Positions 14,618-23,295 of a stretch of 64,000 bases of DNA are shown here, piece after piece. The translations under genes and the position numbers were made by a program. The first letter of the stretch is position 1; each line of letters starts with the position of its first letter. The notes beneath the pieces are model-generated. The model made no database searches. It saw nothing but the letters and a program-made list of their open reading frames with translations, and had not been told where the DNA came from. Where the stretch lies: contig CM000433.1 in assembly GCA_000165345.1 (NCBI GenBank), positions 64,001 to 128,000 on the forward strand, written 5' to 3'.

Positions 14618-14857
14618 TCAATTTTCTGATTTTTCTAAATATATTGAATTGTTACTGTTACTGTTACTGTTACAGCTACTGTTATGATGATGATGATGAT
14701 GATGATGATGATTATTATTATTATTATTATTACTATCATCAGGCTTGATAATTAATGGCTTTATTGATTTGTTTTTATCATAAGTGATTATCTTATTAAC
14801 TGCTGATTGATTATTGATATTCTCACTTTTATTAGATTCATCAAAATATTTGATCAT
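14618..14857 (-). CDS. Hydrophilic low-complexity ORF (poly-Asn, His9, SN repeats): probable central cytoplasmic loop of the MFS transporter
   Basis: Same strand, lying between the two 6-TM halves and in the same frame as the downstream half. It ends in TGA 21 nt before the in-frame ATG of the C-terminal half. Confidence 0.35.
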   Translation of the reverse strand: MIKYFDESNKSENINNQSAVNKIITYDKNKSIKPLIIKPDDSNNNNNNNHHHHHHHHHNSSCNSNSNSNNSIYLEKSEN

Positions 14858-14907
14858 TACTCATTAATATTTCATCTATATTATTACTTTTTTCTTCAAC
14901 TTTTATA

Positions 14908-15669
14908 TTACTTTCTTCTCATTGTTAATGATTCTCTATCTTCATCATTAATTTCTTTATTATGATTATTACTATCTTCACATAAATTCTCAAAAACTTG
15001 TTGATTATTTAACAGAATTTTTTTTTCTATATTAATAATCATATATATTGATGAAAAACCAATTAATAATGATATAAAAAAACATGTAAGAAAGAAATGT
15101 CTTATTGAACCTGATTCCAAAAAACATAATCTATAAATTTCTGATAATGATAAACCACCAATACTATAAATTGTGAATTGAATTGAAGTAATTAATCCAC
15201 TGTATTTTATTGGCCAATATAATAAATTTATCCATAGTGAACCTAAATTTAAAGTAACTCCTCCTTGTAAAATTAATGCAAAACTAATACCATATAAAAA
15301 AGTGAATATTATTGAATTTGATAAATCATTTAAAACATTTACCATCATATAATAAATACATATTTTTTGTGTTACATATAATGAAATATATCCAAATAAT
15401 GTTATTAAAATTCCATATAATAATACATTTCTTGAAGCATTTGGTTTTGAAAATAATATACCTGAAGGTATAATACAGAATCCAATAATACTTATACTAT
15501 AAATATATGATAATATTGTTTCTTCTTTAAAAATATTCTTCTTAAGGTCTTCTATTATTATACTATATATTTTACTTGTATTTGAAATTAGAGAAATTAA
15601 TGAACCAAAAGTTAATAATAATAACAATAAAAATAATCCACCATTTTGAAATTTTTGTTTCTTCAACAT
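14908..15669 (-). CDS. MFS-type transporter, N-terminal half (TM1-6)
   Basis: 253-aa ORF with six hydrophobic spans. An MFS motif-A-like loop lies between TM2 and TM3 (PSGILFSKPNASRNVLLYGIL). It ends with a hydrophilic tail (...NDEDRESLTMRRK*). Confidence 0.6.
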   Translation of the reverse strand: MLKKQKFQNGGLFLLLLLLTFGSLISLISNTSKIYSIIIEDLKKNIFKEETILSYIYSISIIGFCIIPSGILFSKPNASRNVLLYGILITLFGYISLYVTQKICIYYMMVNVLNDLSNSIIFTFLYGISFALILQGGVTLNLGSLWINLLYWPIKYSGLITSIQFTIYSIGGLSLSEIYRLCFLESGSIRHFFLTCFFISLLIGFSSIYMIINIEKKILLNNQQVFENLCEDSNNHNKEINDEDRESLTMRRK

Positions 15670-16044
15670 ATTCTGTTCTATCTACTTAATCTTCTTAATT
15701 ATCATTATATTATATTTTTCATTGTTTATTCACTACTTGTCATTAATATTTTCTTTTATCAATTTATTCACTTATTATTATTTTTATTATCTTAATTATT
15801 TATTATCAAATATGTAATCTTCAATTCAATTTAAAAAAAAATAATAATAATAATTTAATATTTATTTACGATATTAATTTTTATTATTCAACTTATTCGT
15901 ATTAATAATTATTATTTTTTAACAAAAAAAAAAACTAAGTCATTAAATGTCCAATTTTGACGCTTACTATTGCATGCAATAATAATTAAAATTATTTTTC
16001 TTGTCCACATTAATAATATAATTTTTTTTAAAATATCTATACAA

Positions 16045-16091
16045 TACCGGTATGACTATTAGAAAAAAAAATTACATGTAATTTCCACATG
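16045..16091. promoter_or_regulatory. Composite GC-containing promoter module: ATACCGGTAT ... ATTACATGTAAT ... TTTCCACATG
   Basis: Three short palindromic or near-palindromic elements in a fixed order, inside an AT desert between the divergent MFS (minus) and F-box (plus) genes. The same tripartite arrangement recurs at 23096-23155 and partly at 44487-44517. Confidence 0.4.
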
Positions 16092-16484
16092 AATAAAATT
16101 AATTATAATTTTTTAAAGTGATTTTATTATTAATTCCAAAAATTTTTAGAAGAAAATTATTTTTTTTTTGATAAAATAAATAACTCATTAATAAAATCTT
16201 TAATGAAACAAACTATGTGTAGATTATAACCTAATTATAAATAGCAATAAATTTATTATTCATTTTTTTTCTTATTTATAATTAGTCATTTTATTAATAT
16301 GTATCAAGTAGCTACAAACTAATCATTGTAAAACAATAATTTAATTTAAATATTCCAAAACTTTATTCACTTTTTATTATGACTTTCATTATCTTTAAAA
16401 AAAAAATCATGTCAACTTCCCCCTCTTTATAAATCTATCTCTTACAATTTAACTTTGACATTTTCCCCACACTATTGCAAAATT

Positions 16485-16515
16485 GCCGCCCACACTTTTA
16501 GGCGGGAAGTGTGGA
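16485..16515. repeat. Inverted repeat CCACACTT-(TTAGGCGGG)-AAGTGTGG in the F-box gene promoter
   Basis: 8-bp perfect arms, 9-bp GC-rich spacer, about 340 bp upstream of the 16855 ATG. It sits in a local GC island (gccgcccacacttttaggcgggaagtgtgg). Confidence 0.5.
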
Positions 16516-16854
16516 TGTATAGTCAGGAAATGCACAAAGTGGTCAGAAAAAGGAGTAAGAGAAATGTTTATTAGATTTGTTTTAATTTACTGCAGATTTA
16601 TTAAAAAAAAAAGAAAATGTGGAAGATCAGAAGATATTTAATTGATTTATTTTAGATTGGTTAAAATTATTAATTTAAAACAAATCAATTATATTATACT
16701 ATGAATTTAAAGGTATTAATAAAGAAAATTTCAGTTAGATCAAATAGTGTAGTGTAAGAAAGTAAAGAGTGAAAAAAATAATAAAAAGAAGTTTCAAGTT
16801 AAGTATTAAACATAAGAGTATAAGGAAGGAAGGAAGGAAAGGAGGAAAAAAAAA

Positions 16855-18294
16855 ATGGCATTTCAGCAATTAAACAAAGATTTAATTGGATTAATTTCAT
16901 CATTTTTACCGTATGATGAAATAATAATCAATTTAAGAAATGTGAATAAACAATGGAAAGATTCAATAAACAGTTCATATGATTGTTGGCTAAATATAGA
17001 TTTAACAGAAACTATGACTGAATTTCAATGTTCCAAAGAGGACATTTCATTAGAAGAAATTAAAATGTATAGTAATATCATTTCAAGCATTAGATTATCA
17101 AATCCAATAAATAATATCAGTGGATTTCTAAGTAAAATGATCCTAATAAATGATAAATCTAATAATTATGAAAGATGTAAGATGTGGAACAAATTAGAAA
17201 ATATAGAAATATATAATAAAAGTTTAATAATACCCATAAAAAATAATAAAAATTATCATCTTCTACCTTTTAAATCTTTATTTCGTCTTGGAATTAATGA
17301 AAATATTTTACAATTATTAAAGTATTATGAGATTTCAAACAAAAAAAGTATGGATGAGTCTGAAAATAATTGTGATATTAAATATTTTATGAATAGTTTT
17401 ACTGATATTATTAATTATTATCCATTCAAATCTGTAAAAAGAATTATTATTGACTATCCAATCAGTACAAAAGAATTAAATATATTAAGCAATTGCTTTC
17501 CGTGCTTGAAAGATATTGTAATTACACGTCTCTTTCATGAAACAAATACTTATAATAGTCATTATGAAGAATTCACTCAAGAAAATAGAAGATTAAGTTT
17601 TGGATCAGAAATTGGTTCAGGTGATGATATATCATCTAGATATGGAAATTTATCTATTGATGATGAAAATGAATTTCATTTTGAAAATGAAATAATCGCT
17701 TGTTGGGAAGCTATTTATAATTTTCTACAAGTTATACCTCCAAATCAGCTTAGAATCCTTCAATTTAATGTTATCCCTTCTCCTAATCCAAAATCAGGAA
17801 AATGGACAACTGATAGTACTATTTCAAGAATTGTTTCAGAAAATACCAAAAATGGTTGTAATTATATTAATCATAACAATAATTATAAAAATGATAATAT
17901 CTGCAATAACCAAAATATATTATATTCTGTTAATGATGACAAAAATGAAAAACAAATTCTCGAGTCTGTTGAAATTTATAAAGCCATAAAAAGAAGTAAT
18001 AGAGAATATATTGATTATAAAAATAAAATCATGAGAACTAATGAGTATTATAATAATAATAGTAATAATGATAATTCTAGTATATTCAATCATTCAAGTT
18101 CAATGATTAACTTTGACGAAGTTGGTGATAAACTTATGAAATATATACTTGATATGCATTCTGAGTCTTTAGTTGCATTATCATGTCCAGATTTAGAAGT
18201 TTCTTATGCTTTATATAAAAGATTACTTAATCAATGTCCAAAACTTAAGCTTTGGGATTTACCAGGATGGAGAATATTTTCATGTATCAATTAA
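16855..18294 (+). CDS. F-box domain protein (F-box/LRR-like)
   Basis: N-terminal F-box motif LNKDLIGLISSFLPYDEIIINLRNVNKQWKDSI (LPxEIL...L...VnKxW consensus). 479 aa. The C-terminal region has leucine-rich character (LVALSCPDLEVSYALYKRLLNQCPKLKLWDL). A purine-rich 5' leader precedes the ATG. Confidence 0.65.
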   Translation: MAFQQLNKDLIGLISSFLPYDEIIINLRNVNKQWKDSINSSYDCWLNIDLTETMTEFQCSKEDISLEEIKMYSNIISSIRLSNPINNISGFLSKMILINDKSNNYERCKMWNKLENIEIYNKSLIIPIKNNKNYHLLPFKSLFRLGINENILQLLKYYEISNKKSMDESENNCDIKYFMNSFTDIINYYPFKSVKRIIIDYPISTKELNILSNCFPCLKDIVITRLFHETNTYNSHYEEFTQENRRLSFGSEIGSGDDISSRYGNLSIDDENEFHFENEIIACWEAIYNFLQVIPPNQLRILQFNVIPSPNPKSGKWTTDSTISRIVSENTKNGCNYINHNNNYKNDNICNNQNILYSVNDDKNEKQILESVEIYKAIKRSNREYIDYKNKIMRTNEYYNNNSNNDNSSIFNHSSSMINFDEVGDKLMKYILDMHSESLVALSCPDLEVSYALYKRLLNQCPKLKLWDLPGWRIFSCIN

Positions 18295-20728
18295 TTATAT
18301 TTAAAATTAGTGAAAATGCTAAAATTAGGCAAGAAGTAGTAAATATATATAATGAACTTTTTGGATAATCGATTCTTTCTTTTTCATTCTCTAATGATTT
18401 TACCATTCTTCTTTCTATTGAATTAATACGTTTAATATAAACAATTAGACCAAAAATTAATGTAGTAATAATCATTGGAATAAAAGATAATTCAATAAAT
18501 GTTGAGATTCTTGTTATATGTATATTTTTCTTAGTCTTTGAAATTAATAATATAACAAAAGTTGAAATATATATAGTTTTACGTACCCAATACAACATTA
18601 CTCTTTCTGCTGCAAATAAACTTTTTGGATCCAATTTATTTATTTTCTTTGAGTGAATACTATTAATATATTGATCCATAAATTCATTATTACTCCCATT
18701 ATTATTATTATTATTATTACTGTAGAAACTTTGAGAATGATTCATATTTCTATTTAATTCAAGCTTTAATCCATTCAAATCAAAATTAGTTAAATTTAAA
18801 TAAGAATTTAATAAAATATCAATTAATTTAGATATTCTATTATCTTCATCATTATTTTCACCTTGGAATTGTAAATTTGTTAAAACTTGTTTTTTTCTTT
18901 GAAAATTATTAATAACATCATCTTCATCATCATTACTCTTTGTATAACTTAATTCTGAAATACTTGCTGATGAAAGTATATCAACATCATTAATTTGATG
19001 AAAATCTTCAATCCAATGTGGAAATATTGAAACCTTATCTTCATGTAAAATAGCCATACCATGTTGAAATTTACTAAATTTATAAACAAGTGTAGCATTA
19101 CATCTTTTAAGCATTTCTGAAACCCAAATTGGTTGCTCTGATTGTAATTTTACTTCTAAAATTGCAAATGGAAAACGTGTTACTTCGTTTTTTGATAATA
19201 CTTCCTCAGCTAATCTACACCATGGTTCATTTTGATGTCCATCAGAAATATATTCATTTACCATACATAAATTTGTATCAATCGAAAATCGAACTTGGTT
19301 ATTATCTTGATTTTGAAAAGCTGCACGTAAATATGATGTTCTAACAAAAGGTTGAAGTTTATTATTAATAATATAATTTTGTATTTCTTTAGCTAAATTA
19401 ATAGATTTCTCAACGTTTTCTTTTTCTTGATTTTTTCTTGTATGAAAAATTCCTTCTTTAATTAAACTATCAACATTAAATTTTCCTTTTAAATATCCAA
19501 AAACATATTTCTGTGGTAGCGAAAAGCGTTCCTTTGCACTTTTTTCACCTGTCCAACTCTCATGATGTGTTTTTCTCTCCATAAAGATTTCTTTTTCTTT
19601 TGAACCTGAATTTGATCCATACCATCTTAATCTAAATAATTGAGCATCTTCAAATCTTGAAATTCTATTATAATAACATTCTGCATTCATATTATCTAAA
19701 TATACGGATGTAATTGCTTGACTTTCTTCAATTGTTTTTGGATCTACAACATTATGTCCTTCAACACACATATAAGGATCTAACAAAGTCTCTAATTCTG
19801 AATTTGAAATACCAAAAATTAAATATGGAACGTATCTAATAATTCCAACTTTTGCAGAAACTACATTATTTGGATGTACCCAATATTTTGTTGTATTTCT
19901 TAAAAAAGTTTCTGGAGGTTTCCAAATCTTCTTATTATTATTATTATTATTGTCATTTTCATTTTCAGTATCAATTTCAAGCATTATTTCAATATTTATC
20001 TTATTTTCACTCAATTCTTTAAGTTCTAATATCACTTTTTCTGCATCTCTATATCTAGTCCAAGATAAGCTTAGTAAAATTAATAGAATATCAATATTAA
20101 TATCAACAAATGGTTCTTTTGTTAAATGAGTTTGAAACCAAACACTTGTAGAAGTTTGTAGCATAATATCAAAAAATCGACATAATCTTGTTAATATTTT
20201 AAAATTTGTACGAATATAAAAATCCAAATGAATTATTTCATTACTTAAATTATTTAAAGATAATTCAAATTCATTCAATAATTTTATATTATTCATCAAA
20301 TAACCATAATTTAATTTATTAAAATTTTCATTCGTAATTTTTTGTCTTCTTTTGTATTCTTTTAAATATTCACATAATGGAATACTTATTTCAGATCGTA
20401 TTTGTTTTCCAATTTTCATTATTTCTCTATAAATTTCTTCATGTTTTGTTGCTGTGAATTTATTTACTTTATCAATTTCTTCATTTAATAATTCTCTAAA
20501 AATATAATCACAAGCAATACTTTCTGATAAGATATCTGGAAGTTGTCTTTCTGAAAATCCAACTGAGGTAATATAACCATTCTTTTCTATATAAGTTGAT
20601 ACTGCTTTCTTATTTGGACCATATTGAGATGCTAATCTTAGGATTATTTCACATATTCTCTTTGTATCAACATAATAATTAATTACATTATCAGATGTTT
20701 TAAATACATAATCTTTTGAAGGAATCAT
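18287..20728 (-). CDS. SPX domain / VTC4-like polyphosphate polymerase catalytic-subunit homolog with C-terminal DUF202 membrane anchor
   Basis: Central block TTKYWVHPNNV...AITSVYLDNMN...LFRLRWYGSNS...IFMERKTHHESWTGEKSAKERF...GYLKGKF. It aligns with the yeast Vtc4 tunnel domain (TTKYWVHPDN, SIYFDN, RLRWYG, FVERKTH, WTGEKS, FLKGK), recalled from memory. An SPX-like helical N-terminal region precedes it. The C-terminus has FAAERVMLYWVRKT (ERTxLSW-type DUF202 motif) plus two or three TM helices. Confidence 0.65.
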   Translation of the reverse strand: MIPSKDYVFKTSDNVINYYVDTKRICEIILRLASQYGPNKKAVSTYIEKNGYITSVGFSERQLPDILSESIACDYIFRELLNEEIDKVNKFTATKHEEIYREIMKIGKQIRSEISIPLCEYLKEYKRRQKITNENFNKLNYGYLMNNIKLLNEFELSLNNLSNEIIHLDFYIRTNFKILTRLCRFFDIMLQTSTSVWFQTHLTKEPFVDINIDILLILLSLSWTRYRDAEKVILELKELSENKINIEIMLEIDTENENDNNNNNNKKIWKPPETFLRNTTKYWVHPNNVVSAKVGIIRYVPYLIFGISNSELETLLDPYMCVEGHNVVDPKTIEESQAITSVYLDNMNAECYYNRISRFEDAQLFRLRWYGSNSGSKEKEIFMERKTHHESWTGEKSAKERFSLPQKYVFGYLKGKFNVDSLIKEGIFHTRKNQEKENVEKSINLAKEIQNYIINNKLQPFVRTSYLRAAFQNQDNNQVRFSIDTNLCMVNEYISDGHQNEPWCRLAEEVLSKNEVTRFPFAILEVKLQSEQPIWVSEMLKRCNATLVYKFSKFQHGMAILHEDKVSIFPHWIEDFHQINDVDILSSASISELSYTKSNDDEDDVINNFQRKKQVLTNLQFQGENNDEDNRISKLIDILLNSYLNLTNFDLNGLKLELNRNMNHSQSFYSNNNNNNNGSNNEFMDQYINSIHSKKINKLDPKSLFAAERVMLYWVRKTIYISTFVILLISKTKKNIHITRISTFIELSFIPMIITTLIFGLIVYIKRINSIERRMVKSLENEKERIDYPKSSLYIFTTSCLILAFSLILNIIN

Positions 20729-21021
20729 TCATATATTAAATTCACCAAGTTATTAATAATATACAAATTTATAATTTTCAAGCAAATTACCAAATTAAGT
20801 GCATTCAATATATAAATTAAAGTCAATTAATTCAATAGTTTGTTTTATTTTTATAATTATTAATTTTTTTTTAATCAAATTTAATAAAATATCCAAATTC
20901 TTTTTTTTTTCATATAAATATTATTATTGACTTTTTTCGAGTGATTTATGATATTTTGAATAAATAATATAAAATATCCAAAAAATAATATGAATATGAA
21001 TATTAATAATAAATATTCAAA

Positions 21022-22449
21022 TTATTGATTATTTGATTTCTTTTCTTCAATTGATCCAAAATTATAGAATTCTTGAAAATCATTATTAATATCTAATAAC
21101 TTATAAGAGAATTCTTTAGGTTTATAATTACTATCTTTATAATTTGATAATACACTATAAATCCAGTCAATATAAACCATAGAATATTTAGTTAAACAAG
21201 AATGACCTTCACCAAGCATTAATGTATTTTTAATGTTAGCTTTGAAGTTATTTATTAAATACTTAATATCTTTTTTTGCACTTCTAAATGGAAATACAAA
21301 ATCTGGATTGCAATAAGTAAGTAAGATAGGGGTCTTCAAACCTTCATTTGTAATTAAAGGATCCATTGATATTAATTTCTTCATTGCTCTTTCAGGTAGA
21401 AAGCTTGCAGTAGAAACCAATCCTCCTAGAACATATTTCGTTCTCAAAGTAACAGAAAGACTTAATGCACCACCTTGACTATATCCATAAATGAAAATTC
21501 TTTTTGGATCATATTTTTCAACTTCAATTAGATAATTAATTAACATAATAACAGATTCAACAGAATACATCCATTGTTTTAAATTAACTTGCTTTAGTCT
21601 AACTCCAAAAGCAAAGTCTGCCCAAGCATATCTATAAACCCATTTAATTGAGCCAATAGGTTTAAATTTTCTCAAAAAAGGATGTACAAAAATGATTCCA
21701 GTATCTTTTCTAAATTGATCACCATACATCTTCATTTGTGAAATAAATGGATAATATGTATACTTGAATGCTTCCAAATAAATTTGGTCAGAACTTACTC
21801 CTAATAAAGAAATGATAATATTTTTAGGACGTCTTGGTTTAAAAATTTCGAGGATACTTGAATAGTCACCAGGAGTTACACTATTTGAATATAGGTCAAA
21901 ATTATCTAAAGAATGACATTTAGTGGATGTACATCTATTAAATTCCGTGGTTTCATTATCTTGAATTGTTTGATTAATGCCATAGTAATATGTTTCATTT
22001 GCTTTCAAAGTTGTAATATCTGTTTGATTGGTAAAATTTAAATTTTGATGATAATTAAGAATTAAATATTCTTCAAAAGAGAAGGCTTTAGCAATTTTTC
22101 CAGGATGTCTTGGTTGTTTTTTCTTTTTTCTTTTTAGTCTGAAATAATTGAAAAATCTCCATATTTTAGATTTTGTAAATCTTTCTGGGTTTAAATATGG
22201 GTCCTCATAATTTAAAGCCTCACTTTTTGCTTTTTCTTTCAAATTTTTATTAATTAATCTAAGTCTTTTTAAAGTTCTTTCTAGATGAATCAATGAATTC
22301 TGATCTTTACTGAAAAATAGTAATGGAGAATAATAAGTTAAACTTGGAATGTTATGTGTATCAATCTTTTCGATATAAATTGTGGAATTCTTTGAATATA
22401 CAGCTTTAATTATAATAATAAATAAAAATGTTATCAATTTCATGCTCAA
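21022..22449 (-). CDS. Secreted/lumenal alpha/beta-hydrolase of the phospholipase/carboxylesterase (LYPLA/APT) family
   Basis: N-terminal signal peptide (MSMKLITFLFIIIIKAVYS). The catalytic block IFIYGYSQGGALSLSVTL...LLTYCNPDFVFPF...GEGHSC matches the LYPLA1 GFSQGGALSL nucleophile elbow plus the Asp and His motifs. Confidence 0.7.
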   Translation of the reverse strand: MSMKLITFLFIIIIKAVYSKNSTIYIEKIDTHNIPSLTYYSPLLFFSKDQNSLIHLERTLKRLRLINKNLKEKAKSEALNYEDPYLNPERFTKSKIWRFFNYFRLKRKKKKQPRHPGKIAKAFSFEEYLILNYHQNLNFTNQTDITTLKANETYYYGINQTIQDNETTEFNRCTSTKCHSLDNFDLYSNSVTPGDYSSILEIFKPRRPKNIIISLLGVSSDQIYLEAFKYTYYPFISQMKMYGDQFRKDTGIIFVHPFLRKFKPIGSIKWVYRYAWADFAFGVRLKQVNLKQWMYSVESVIMLINYLIEVEKYDPKRIFIYGYSQGGALSLSVTLRTKYVLGGLVSTASFLPERAMKKLISMDPLITNEGLKTPILLTYCNPDFVFPFRSAKKDIKYLINNFKANIKNTLMLGEGHSCLTKYSMVYIDWIYSVLSNYKDSNYKPKEFSYKLLDINNDFQEFYNFGSIEEKKSNNQ

Positions 22450-23095
22450 ACTTATAATTTAATTATATTAATGAATTATTACATTAATTAATGCAAATTT
22501 ACTCAATTAAATTGATACTTGTCTTATCAAATTTTTTCTTCGGTGTTTAATTATTATATTAAAGTAATTCCAACTTCAGTTTTACTTGGAATAAAGAATG
22601 AACCTTAACTTAGAACTTGCTTTATTTATTAATATTAAATAATATCTTTGCAATATAAATCTTTCTTCTTTTTTTTTTTTATAATATATATATAGGTAAC
22701 TTTAAATAATTGAATGCAGGCATAATGCATATGTCTATTAATTTTAATGCAAAGTTTTTTTTTAATTATTATTTTTTTAATCAAATTAAAAAGATTCCAT
22801 TAATATATTAACTATCAGTATTATTCTTTTTAATTATTTAATTTTATCTTATTTTCTTTAATTTAAATTATTATGGTAATTTCTTTTAATTCATGAAATG
22901 CCAATTATTCAAGGTTTTTTTTTCAATATCATAATATTAAGATTGTTACAATTATCACTTTTGTATTCTTAATGAATTCCTTTTATCTAAATACTCATAA
23001 TTTAATTTTATTAGAAAATTTTATACATTTTTATATATTATGTAAAATATTGGCATTTCTTTTTAAATGTGTTTTCCCCCCTTGATTAATAATGC

Positions 23096-23155
23096 ATACC
23101 GGTATTTAAAATTACGTGTAAAAAAATTTCCACATGCAATAATATTACGTGTAAT
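23096..23155. promoter_or_regulatory. Second copy of the ATACCGGTAT / ATTACGTGTAA / TTTCCACATG composite module (plus an extra ATTACGTGTAAT)
   Basis: Same element order as at 16045-16091, about 650 bp upstream of the hydrolase ATG (22449) and 3' of the Naa25-like gene. Confidence 0.4.
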
Positions 23156-23295
23156 ATATTAATTAATTTGCAAATTCTGATTTGCTTAAATTTCATTAAA
23201 ATGGTCTGTAAAAATGGTAAATAAGTGAAAATATAAGTTTCAAAGTTAAATTTAAAAATTGAAATAAAATTTCAAAAAACCTAGTTATTTTTATA

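Noticed and set aside
20729-20760. A possible upstream MKFG-type SPX exon for the VTC4-like gene
   Set aside because: There is an in-frame TGA immediately 5' of the ATG at 20728, and no upstream ATG-containing exon with a usable GT donor within 150 bp. I kept the single-exon model.
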